Assembly: GCA_964655705.1 (NCBI GenBank)
Contig: CAZZPP010000002.1
Coordinates: forward strand, 32,231-96,230
Direction: 5' to 3'
DNA: 64,000 bases
DNA from: an uncultured Candidatus Saccharibacteria bacterium
GTDB taxonomy: Bacteria > Patescibacteriota > Dojkabacteria > SC72
In this document: one piece after another, positions 29,141-37,206 of the stretch
Position numbering within the stretch: the stretch's first letter is position 1
Layout of the letters: each line of letters begins with the position of its first letter
The notes under the pieces: generated by a model
Databases searched by the model: none
The model's input: the letters and a program-made list of their open reading frames with translations, nothing else
What the model was told of the DNA's origin: nothing
Program-made: the position numbers and the translations under genes

Positions 29141-29349
29141 TTCCTCCTTTAAGGAAATAAAAATCATTTATTTTCAGCAATACCATTTGGTATGCATTCT
29201 ATCTCCAATAAATATATTAGAAATATAATGCATACCACTTGGATGCTAAAGGAAGAAATAGACTCTACTTATTCATCACACGCTATTTTGTTTTAAATAT
29301 ATAAGACATAAGTCTATATAATATACTTAAAACTTTTTAAAGAACTTAG
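29141..29349. repeat. Noncoding repeat Y' (copy 2), immediately 5' of the lipoprotein gene (promoter/RBS region)
   Basis: Direct repeat of 28266-28477. Includes the RBS and the GTATGCAT ... ATGCATAC inverted repeat at 29190-29235. Confidence 0.8.
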
Positions 29350-29636
29350 AGTTCATAAGAACTCATAAAAGATATTTAAAGAGAATATCTCTCTATGAAT
29401 ACTTATGTGTATTTGAATGAAAATTTATTATTAAAGAGCAGACTTTATTAACAATTAACTACTTATATTATACTATAGGTTGGAATAAATATCAATACTT
29501 GAAATAGGTTAGGTCAGGTTTATTTCTTAATGAGCAATTAATTATTAAGATACATATATTATACTATAAGTTTAGCAATTTTTCAATATTTCCTACTCTT
29601 CATAAATATTTAATACTCTTTTGTTAGCATTGAGAT

Positions 29637-30218
29637 ATGGTATCTAAATCATGCTATGTATTCATTGATTCATCTAATCTCTTCTATGGAGGGAAGAGAA
29701 GATTGGGATGGAGAGTAGACTATCTTAAGTTATTTAAATATCTAAAAAGAAGATATAGGATGAGAGAGATCTTCTATTATTCAGGAGTAGAAGCTCATGG
29801 TTTTGAACCTCTACTTTTATCGTTAGAGAGATATCCAGTAGAGAGTTTATACAAATATCTCCAAGAGGAGTTTAAGAAAGCAGATAGAGAAGAAAAAGAA
29901 TCCCTCCAGAAAGATATCTCTAGGGCGAAGTTTTTAAGAAAGATAGAAGAGTTTGGCTATACTCTTAGATTAAAACCAATTAAACATTTAAGAGATTTCA
30001 AAGGTAGGATAAAGAGTAAGTCTAATTGTGATGTTGATTTAACTCTTGATGCTATTAGATTGGAGAAAGAGTATGACACTTTTATACTGCTTTCAGATGA
30101 TGGTGATTTTGAAATACTTCTTGGATATCTAAGAGAAAAAGGGAAGACTATTGTAGTAATAGCAAACAGTGACAATACAGCAAGAATTATAAGGATAGAT
30201 ACCAAGGGAACTTTATAG
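29637..30218 (+). CDS. NYN-domain (LabA-like) putative ribonuclease
   Basis: YVFIDSSNLFYGGK..VDYLKLFKYL..IFYYSG and CDVDLTLDAIRLEKEYDTFILLSDDGDFEILLGYLREKGKTIVVIA match NYN/LabA catalytic acidic residues. Confidence 0.7.
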   Translation: MVSKSCYVFIDSSNLFYGGKRRLGWRVDYLKLFKYLKRRYRMREIFYYSGVEAHGFEPLLLSLERYPVESLYKYLQEEFKKADREEKESLQKDISRAKFLRKIEEFGYTLRLKPIKHLRDFKGRIKSKSNCDVDLTLDAIRLEKEYDTFILLSDDGDFEILLGYLREKGKTIVVIANSDNTARIIRIDTKGTL

Positions 30219-30255
30219 ATTTCTCTAGAATTAAAGAAGTAATTAAAGAATAAAA

Positions 30256-30290
30256 ATGGGAGGATCGCCCATATAGGAAGGTCCTCCCGA
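30256..30290 (-). terminator. Hairpin terminator (likely for the abiEii operon; possibly bidirectional)
   Basis: gggagga-N17-tcctccc stem. On the minus strand it is followed by ATTTTTATTCTTT. Confidence 0.4.
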
Positions 30291-30474
30291 GGTCTAGTGT
30301 TTAAGTATAATCTAAAGATTACTAATATTCAAGAAGATATTTATGAACAATGTAGGAGTGTAGAATAAGAAAAAGTGGCATTTACGGTCGGTCGAAACCT
30401 TAGATTAGTCCAGTTATGGTAATTCGCATATTGTATTTCTTTCTAAACGGTATCTCAGGACAACATTTTACATA

Positions 30475-31086
30475 TTACTTAACGGAAATATCTATAAGAA
30501 AGTTTTCTATCTCTTTATCTGAAGGAGGGTTATCAATTCTCCATATTACCTCTTCTGAATAATCAATATCTTCAAAATAGCACAACTGTTGTAAAAACAT
30601 TCTTTCTGAAAATATAGTACCATATATATCCTTGGCCTCTTTAATAATATCTTTTATGGAGTACTCCTTTAGCAATATATACATATCTACATAGTCTTTC
30701 CATTTTCCTCTTCTACCTAGTGTATATGCCTTCATTGCTCCTATTGTAAGTGGAGATGCAATAGAAATCTTCTCTTTTTTCTCTATGCCTTTTACTTTGA
30801 AAGGATATCTTAGAAATGTAATCTTAACAGAATTTATGAATATTGTATATTCATCTAATTTATCAATTACACTCTCTATATCCCTATATCCTAAATCAAT
30901 TAACTCTTTCAAAATATCTTCATTTTTAAATCCTTTGTAAGAAAACAAATCAAAATCTAGAGATTCTCTATGACCAAGTTGAAGAGCAAGTGCAGTTCCT
31001 CCAGCTAAGTAAAACCCTTTTTGCGAGAAATGTTCTACGATATTAAATACTTCAATCTGTTTTGGATTTAGTATGTATTTATGCAT
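30475..31086 (-). CDS. AbiEii/AbiGii-family nucleotidyltransferase (DUF1814) toxin-like protein
   Basis: FYLAGGTALALQLGHRESLDFDLF matches the AbiEii GGTAL..G.R.S.DLD nucleotidyltransferase motif. Confidence 0.75.
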   Translation of the reverse strand: MHKYILNPKQIEVFNIVEHFSQKGFYLAGGTALALQLGHRESLDFDLFSYKGFKNEDILKELIDLGYRDIESVIDKLDEYTIFINSVKITFLRYPFKVKGIEKKEKISIASPLTIGAMKAYTLGRRGKWKDYVDMYILLKEYSIKDIIKEAKDIYGTIFSERMFLQQLCYFEDIDYSEEVIWRIDNPPSDKEIENFLIDISVK

Positions 31087-31348
31087 TTCTCTTTAAATAT
31101 AGATCGATATAATTAATAACTAAAGGAGACAAGTTTGACCTTTTTTTGTTTCTCAGTTTAAAATATTCTTTTTGAAAATCTTCTTTTTCTTTTAACACCT
31201 CCCTTAGCTGGTTCATGTCACCATAGTTAAGAATTCTTTCAAGAATGGCTAGTTCGCTTAGTTTAGCAATCTTTTCTTTAGGGATATCCCAAAATATCTT
31301 GCTATTTCTTATAGATTCTCTCTTTAACAAAATTGAAAATGTATTCAT
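31079..31348 (-). CDS. Small partner protein of the AbiEii-like gene (candidate antitoxin/cognate regulator)
   Basis: 89-aa ORF overlapping the toxin-like gene by 8 bp in an operon-like arrangement. FWDIPKEKIAKLSELAILERILNYGDMNQL motif. Confidence 0.45.
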   Translation of the reverse strand: MNTFSILLKRESIRNSKIFWDIPKEKIAKLSELAILERILNYGDMNQLREVLKEKEDFQKEYFKLRNKKRSNLSPLVINYIDLYLKRNA

Positions 31349-31394
31349 ACCATTATTATATCAAAAAAAAGAGGAGGCTTCCCTCCTCTATTAG

Positions 31395-32147
31395 TTATCT
31401 ATATTCCTTTAAGATATTTGTACTAAACACCCTACTCTCTTTCATAGATATCATAAAGATATCTTTAAGCATTCTACTAATATCTTTAATATTTGCAGAT
31501 GTAGAATCAGATCTATTCTTGTTTAAATAGAAAGGTACTACAGATACGTCATATCCTACCTTACCTATCTCATTTAATATCTCTGAGTCAATAGCAAATC
31601 TATTTACCTTTAAATTAGGTAATATTCTTTTTATCAAATCTCTTTTAAAGAGTTTTAGTCCACAACCTACATCTGTAATATTTTTAGGAAGTCTTAATAG
31701 TAATTTGTTTACAGCAATTAAACCGTAAGAGAAGATTTTTCTTCCAAATGTCATTTCAATATTAGAATCTTTATGTAGTTTAGAAGGTATAACAGCCATA
31801 ACATAGTCTTTTTTAATCTCGCGAATAGCAGAAGCTATAGATCTTATTTGGATATCTGTATCTGCATCAATGAATCCTATTACATCTCCTGAAGCTTTTC
31901 TCATTCCGTATCTTACAGCGTAACCCTTACCTTTGTTCTCTTTGTATCCATATACAAATGCCTTTTTAAGTCTGTTTTCTTTAATATACTGCTCTAATAT
32001 ATCCTTAGTATTATCAACATACCCATCAATTACGAAGATGAGTTCAAAGTCAGGATTTACTCTAGAAAGATATCCGTAGAGTCTTTCTAATTGATCCAAT
32101 ACTTCTCTTTGTTTTTTGTATGTTGGTAAAACCAAAGATATTTTCAT
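31395..32147 (-). CDS. Family 2 glycosyltransferase (polyprenol-phosphate sugar transferase-like)
   Basis: MKISLVLPTYKKQREV..ELIFVIDGYVDNT..GFIDADTD (DxD) GT-A signature. About 250 aa with no TM, like DPM1/GtrB-type enzymes. Confidence 0.7.
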   Translation of the reverse strand: MKISLVLPTYKKQREVLDQLERLYGYLSRVNPDFELIFVIDGYVDNTKDILEQYIKENRLKKAFVYGYKENKGKGYAVRYGMRKASGDVIGFIDADTDIQIRSIASAIREIKKDYVMAVIPSKLHKDSNIEMTFGRKIFSYGLIAVNKLLLRLPKNITDVGCGLKLFKRDLIKRILPNLKVNRFAIDSEILNEIGKVGYDVSVVPFYLNKNRSDSTSANIKDISRMLKDIFMISMKESRVFSTNILKEYR

Positions 32148-32184
32148 TTAAATATGTATAAAGATATGAAATAAATATGTGCAT

Positions 32185-32210
32185 TTAAAAAAAATGCCCC
32201 AAAGGGGCAA
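32185..32210 (-). terminator. Rho-independent terminator downstream of the 78-aa gene
   Basis: tgcccc-aaa-ggggca hairpin. On the minus strand it is followed by ATTTTTTTTAAA. Confidence 0.6.
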
Positions 32211-32220
32211 TCTCTTACTA

Positions 32221-32457
32221 TTAGGCAAGAGATTGCTCTTCCTTAAGGCGTTTAACTGTAGACAATATAATCATTCCTGTAATAAATGTTACTCCAGCTG
32301 CAATGTAGAATATTGAGGTATCTTCAAAACCTGTTGGAATAGGTTCATGTCCGTAAGGGTTATAAGGCCCGTATGGATTACCATCTGCAAATACAGTTGA
32401 AACATTTATTAAGAAAGTAGTTGCTACAGCTAAAACTATTGCGAATAACTTCCTCAT
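32221..32457 (-). CDS. Tiny secreted protein with sortase-type C-terminal sorting signal (PIPTG + hydrophobic + KRLK)
   Basis: Signal peptide MRKLFAIVLAVATTFLINVSTVFA. Mature DGNPYGPYNPYGHEP. Then IPTG motif, a 20-aa hydrophobic stretch and a positively charged tail. Confidence 0.5.
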   Translation of the reverse strand: MRKLFAIVLAVATTFLINVSTVFADGNPYGPYNPYGHEPIPTGFEDTSIFYIAAGVTFITGMIILSTVKRLKEEQSLA

Positions 32458-32521
32458 ATTTAAAGGGCTAGTTAAATTAAATGCAGTATCATTATACTAC
32501 AACTAGCCCTAGAAGTCTATA

Positions 32522-33343
32522 CTATGGGTTGTATCCTCTCAAATACAATTCTAATATTTTGTTACTGTTAACCATCTCTTGTGCGTACTCGACCCCTAAG
32601 TATCTGTAATGCCAACTCTCAAATTTGTAGCCTGTAATATCTTCATATCCTTTGGGAAATGAAATTACAAATCCATATTTATATGCATTATTAATTAACC
32701 ATTTACTTGCCTTGGTATTTGCAAACTCATCCCCTAGCCTATCTCCTATTTCATTACTACTAAAATCTATTGCTGTACCAAGTTGATGTTGACTATGTCC
32801 TGGTCTTGCAGAGAATGTATCTACTAGTGCTACATTATTATTGTTTTTACTTAACCAGTAGTTATATGTACTTACCTGCGTTTGATATGATCTGTATGCT
32901 GATACAATGCTTAAATCCACTCCTGCAGCCTTAGAATCAGTGACTAGTCTTCTTAAATCAGGGATTAAAATATTTCGTAGGTAGTATCCGTCCCCTCTTC
33001 TAATACCAGAATTACTTGCTTTAACTAAATCCGATGGAGCGTATGTACTTGGTAAGTTATACTGTTTGTTTACTAATACAAGTAAATCATTCCCACTTCT
33101 TTTTGTAGTAAGTATTTCAGTTGGGTATTCCCACCAGTTACTATTTTCTGTAGTGGTATTCATCTTTTCTGTTACTTCTTTAACTTTCTCAATCTTAAAT
33201 GTATCAGTTGAGGGATTCTCAATCCACTCTACCTCTTGTATATTGTTGTTCTCAGTATCTTTCTTTAGGATTAGATCTACTGTTTTAGCGGGAAGGAAGA
33301 AGGTTAAAATTAAAAGAATTGAGTAGATTAAAGCCTTTTTCAT
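32522..33343 (-). CDS. D-Ala-D-Ala carboxypeptidase / peptidase M15B (VanY-like)
   Basis: LLVLVNKQYNLP..YAPSDL, SAYRSYQTQ, RPGHSQHQLGTAIDF, SWHYRYLG: all VanY/M15B zinc-site motifs. N-terminal signal/TM. Confidence 0.75.
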   Translation of the reverse strand: MKKALIYSILLILTFFLPAKTVDLILKKDTENNNIQEVEWIENPSTDTFKIEKVKEVTEKMNTTTENSNWWEYPTEILTTKRSGNDLLVLVNKQYNLPSTYAPSDLVKASNSGIRRGDGYYLRNILIPDLRRLVTDSKAAGVDLSIVSAYRSYQTQVSTYNYWLSKNNNNVALVDTFSARPGHSQHQLGTAIDFSSNEIGDRLGDEFANTKASKWLINNAYKYGFVISFPKGYEDITGYKFESWHYRYLGVEYAQEMVNSNKILELYLRGYNP

Positions 33344-33381
33344 AGTGCATATTTTACAATATTTGGTATAAGGAAGAAAGG

Positions 33382-34074
33382 TTACTCTTTAACCCTATTT
33401 GCATATCTAAATATCCTTTCAGGGGTACTGTAGTATTTACAGGTATACAGGATTAGGTCTGCACTGTAGTCGGTAATGTATGTACCAATATCTCCATCAT
33501 ATATTTCATATATATATTCTCTTTGATTCCAGTATATACTGACTCTTGTTCCTGATTTAGTATCTGGGAGTTTGTAAAAGGAGATTAAATTTCTTTTCGA
33601 AGTACTCCAACTTGAGTATCCGAATCTGTGTGCCGCTAGTATTATTGGCAAGCTATCATTTTCTGGTGTCCCAAAATCATCTACTATCCAAGTACCTTTA
33701 GTGAGAGCTTTCCTGTAATCTTTAGTAGGCGTAATTGGAGAGTTTATACCTACACTTGGGATTAATACAAAATAGCCTTCTGGTAAATTGGGATCAAATG
33801 GAGGGACCTTATTTTCTTCAATGGGTTCCTTCTCCTCGATTTCTTCCTTGTCATCAACAATATCTTTGGAGATCTTTTCTTCATCTATTTCTACTGCGTC
33901 TGGGTTAAGTCTATACCAGATATATGGGGCTGTTGGTATAGCTATTAATACTAGAGTAATCAAGATGAAGAGAAAACCTATTGTTTGATATATTTTTAAC
34001 AATTTCTCATATTGTTTACCTTTTTTCATACATTTATACATTATCATATATATATGATAATGAAAAAGGTCCAT
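33382..34074 (-). CDS. Sortase-family transpeptidase
   Basis: N-terminal TM. LIPSVGINSPI, ILAAHRFGYS (catalytic His), SIYWNQREYIYEIY, LILYTCKYY (TLxTC-type catalytic Cys). True start is probably an internal Met (MKKGKQ, near 34029). Confidence 0.7.
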   Translation of the reverse strand: MDLFHYHIYMIMYKCMKKGKQYEKLLKIYQTIGFLFILITLVLIAIPTAPYIWYRLNPDAVEIDEEKISKDIVDDKEEIEEKEPIEENKVPPFDPNLPEGYFVLIPSVGINSPITPTKDYRKALTKGTWIVDDFGTPENDSLPIILAAHRFGYSSWSTSKRNLISFYKLPDTKSGTRVSIYWNQREYIYEIYDGDIGTYITDYSADLILYTCKYYSTPERIFRYANRVKE

Positions 34075-34198
34075 GAGTAGTAAAATAACCCAAAAAGGTA
34101 TAGTGAGAAAAATAGAAGTGATTGATATTGGATATTAGGTCAGGAAATATATATGGGGGTGTGTAAGAATAGATTAATAAAATATTAAATATATTAAT

Positions 34199-34393
34199 AT
34201 GATTAAAAGAGATATGGAGTTAGAACAATTAAGGATTTCAATAGAAGAGAATTTTAGAATACTGGGTAACAAAATATCTCAAAATGATCAGAGGATAAAG
34301 AGGGTATTAGAAAAGATTGAGCAAGATAGTATCAAATACAATCATACCTATGACATGAATGATATTAAGATAGTTTCCTATTTAGATAACTAG
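34199..34393 (+). CDS. Small hypothetical protein (doubtful)
   Basis: 64-aa ORF in the intergenic space before gyrA. Coiled-coil-like sequence, no support beyond the ORF. Confidence 0.2.
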   Translation: MIKRDMELEQLRISIEENFRILGNKISQNDQRIKRVLEKIEQDSIKYNHTYDMNDIKIVSYLDN

Positions 34394-34394
34394 A

Positions 34395-37202
34395 TTACAT
34401 AAGTGCCATTGTAGCTACTTTGTCACCTTCTCCGATATTCATTACCTTTACTCCACTTGTTTGTCTTCCTAATGTAGGTATCGCGTCTATTGAAGATCTT
34501 ATAACTTTCGATTTTTCTGATATTACAACTATCTCGGCCTCAGGGTGATCAAGTATTCTTGCTACTGCAACTTTTCCTGTCTTAGGTGTTACTCTAAAAG
34601 TAAATATACCTGTACCACCTCTTTTCTGTTTAGTATATTCAGATAGTTTTGTCATTTTACCGTATCCGTTTTCAGAGAGAGTAAATATTCTATTTTCATT
34701 TGCTCTAATTACTCCCATACCTACTATGAAGTCAGTTTCTGTTTTAAATTTCATAGCCGTTACTCCTCTGGTACTTCTACCTAAGGGTCTTACATCTTTT
34801 TCAGTAAACCTAATAGATTTCCCTTCGGCAGTTACCAATATTATCTCATCGTCTCCAGTAGTTGGTTTTACCCACGTAAGCTCATCATTGGTTTCTAATT
34901 TAATTGCTGTTAATCCGTTTGCTCTAATCTTCTCAAACTGAGAAAGATCTGTCTTTTTAACTATTCCACCTTTGGTTACCATTAAGAAGTATTTAAAATC
35001 CCTTTTCTCAACTACTCCATTTAAATCTTGGTTCTCTTGTATTTCCTCTGAGCCCATTACACCACCTTTAGGATCTCTAGTTAATATGGAAGTAATTATT
35101 TCATTCTGATCAAGTTGTACAAGATTTATTAAAGGAATACCCTTAGCGGTTCTCCCATACTCTGGGATTTCAAATATTCTAGTACTAAATACACGGCCTT
35201 TATTAGTAAATAGAAGTAATTCATCGTGGGTATTACAAAGTAGTACATGCTCTATGAAATCACCCTCTTTGGTATCACCACCGGATATACCCTTTCCTCC
35301 TCTGTGCTGTGTTTGATAGGTTGAAGGAGGTACTCTTTTTACATATCCTGAGTGAGTTATGGTTATTAATGTTTCTTCCTGTGCAATCATATCTTCCTCT
35401 GATATTTCATTTATCTTCCCTTTTACTACCTTTGTTCTTCTTTTATCTCCGTAAGCCTCTTTTATTGCCTTCAAATCATTATCAACTATCTCAAGTATCC
35501 TATCCTGACTATCTAAAATATTGTTGTATTCAATGATATTTTGCTTTGTTTCTTTGTAATCATTTTCTAACTTCATCCTCTCTAGTGCTGCTAGTCTTCG
35601 AAGTTGCATATCTAAAATTGCTTGAGCTTGAACTTCTGTGAATTTGAATTTGTCCATTAAGTTTGTTTTGGCAGTTTCTTGAGTTTTAGAACCCCTGATA
35701 GTTGCGATTACTTCATCAAGGAAATCTAAGGCCTTTAGAAGTCCCTCTAAGATATGTGCATGATATCTTGCCTCTGCTAGATCATACTCATATCTCCTAA
35801 TTGTTACTGTAATTCTAAAGGAGAGGAATAGTTCTAACATTCTCTTTATGGAAAGGGTAATTGGTTCTTGCTCTACTAATGCAATCATATTTGCATTAAA
35901 GGTTTTTTGCATCTCAGTATATTTATACAGTTTGTTCAGAACTGTTTTAGGTTGTGCATCCTTTTTTAGAACGATTACCACCCTTATACCATCCTTGTTT
36001 GATTCATCTCTAATATCTGCTATTCCTGTAATCTTTTTGTCACGCACAAGGTCAGCAACCTTCTCTATCATATATGCCTTGTTTACTTGATATGGGATCT
36101 CTGTTACTACAATTTGGTATCTTCCATTTTTACCCTCAACTATTGAGGCTTGAGCTCTTTGTAAAATCTTTCCTCTTCCTGTTGCATATGCATTTAATAT
36201 CTCATCCCTATCATATATTGTTCCTCCTGTTGGGAAATCTGGGCCAGGAATAATTTCAATTAACTCTTCTGGGGTTATATCTGATTTGAAGTCAGGATAT
36301 ATTACCTCACCACTTTTCTCAATCCTGTCTACTATCTCTTGAATCTGAATAGCATATTCTAGGGATTTTGTATCTACATAGTTTTCTAAGTATTGCTCAG
36401 GTCTTGCGTTTAAGGTCTGAGGTATTATCTCGTCTTTCTCTTTACTCTTTCTTAACTCATTGTATATTGCAACTCCTTCCCATCTGTTCTTTCTCTTAAT
36501 CATTTCAGACAGTGCGTCTACTAGTTCCCCAATATTATGTGGAGGTATTTGTGTTGCCATACCTACTGCAATACCTTGGCTACCATTTGCCAAAAGATTA
36601 GGGAAAAGTGCAGGTAATACAGTTGGCTCTAACCTAGTACCATCATAGTTAGGAACAAAAGTAACTGTTCCTTTGTTTAAATCTTTAAGAAGTTCAGGAG
36701 CAATCTTACCTAGTCTGGCTTCGGTGTATCTCATTGCTGCTGCAGGGTCTCCATCTATGGATCCGAAGTTACCCTGTCCTTGTACAAGGATATATCTTGT
36801 AGAGAACTCTTGAGCGAGTTTCACTAATGTCGGGTATACTACACTCTCTCCATGGGGGTGGTAGTTACCAGAGGTGTCACCTGCAATCTTTGCACATTTC
36901 CTAAAATGAGAGGTAGGACTTAGCGAAAGGTCGTTCATTGCAACCAGTACTCTTCTTTGCGAAGGCTTAAGTCCATCTTTTACCTCTGGTAGTGCACGAG
37001 CAACAATTACAGACATGGAGTAATCAATATAGTTGGATTTCATCTCATCTACTATTGATCTTTGAGTTACCTCTCCTGGTTTAAAAGTTAAATCAAAATC
37101 AAGATCAGAATCTTCTACAGAAGGAGCAGATTCTACTGGTTCTTGATTTTCAATTTCAATTGTCTCTTCTGCTTTCTTAATTATATCTTCTTTGTCTGGC
37201 AT
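34395..37202 (-). CDS. gyrA: DNA gyrase subunit A
   Basis: Active-site region ARALPEVKDGLKPSQRRVL. Tyr-containing AAMRYTEARL. C-terminal beta-pinwheel repeats. N-terminal acidic extension of about 50 aa. Confidence 0.9.
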   Translation of the reverse strand: MPDKEDIIKKAEETIEIENQEPVESAPSVEDSDLDFDLTFKPGEVTQRSIVDEMKSNYIDYSMSVIVARALPEVKDGLKPSQRRVLVAMNDLSLSPTSHFRKCAKIAGDTSGNYHPHGESVVYPTLVKLAQEFSTRYILVQGQGNFGSIDGDPAAAMRYTEARLGKIAPELLKDLNKGTVTFVPNYDGTRLEPTVLPALFPNLLANGSQGIAVGMATQIPPHNIGELVDALSEMIKRKNRWEGVAIYNELRKSKEKDEIIPQTLNARPEQYLENYVDTKSLEYAIQIQEIVDRIEKSGEVIYPDFKSDITPEELIEIIPGPDFPTGGTIYDRDEILNAYATGRGKILQRAQASIVEGKNGRYQIVVTEIPYQVNKAYMIEKVADLVRDKKITGIADIRDESNKDGIRVVIVLKKDAQPKTVLNKLYKYTEMQKTFNANMIALVEQEPITLSIKRMLELFLSFRITVTIRRYEYDLAEARYHAHILEGLLKALDFLDEVIATIRGSKTQETAKTNLMDKFKFTEVQAQAILDMQLRRLAALERMKLENDYKETKQNIIEYNNILDSQDRILEIVDNDLKAIKEAYGDKRRTKVVKGKINEISEEDMIAQEETLITITHSGYVKRVPPSTYQTQHRGGKGISGGDTKEGDFIEHVLLCNTHDELLLFTNKGRVFSTRIFEIPEYGRTAKGIPLINLVQLDQNEIITSILTRDPKGGVMGSEEIQENQDLNGVVEKRDFKYFLMVTKGGIVKKTDLSQFEKIRANGLTAIKLETNDELTWVKPTTGDDEIILVTAEGKSIRFTEKDVRPLGRSTRGVTAMKFKTETDFIVGMGVIRANENRIFTLSENGYGKMTKLSEYTKQKRGGTGIFTFRVTPKTGKVAVARILDHPEAEIVVISEKSKVIRSSIDAIPTLGRQTSGVKVMNIGEGDKVATMALM

Positions 37203-37206
37203 TACT

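Noticed and set aside
28000-29400. Considered whether the X/Y repeats are a CRISPR array or MITE.
   Set aside because: There are only two copies of each of two different about 200-bp sequences, not short uniform repeats with unique spacers. No terminal inverted repeats or target-site duplications are evident. A tandem duplication of gene flanks explains them better.
31333-31530. 65-aa plus-strand ORF overlapping the GT2 gene and the AbiE partner region.
   Set aside because: Antisense to a GT2 gene with a clear DxD signature. Ile/Leu-rich artefact.
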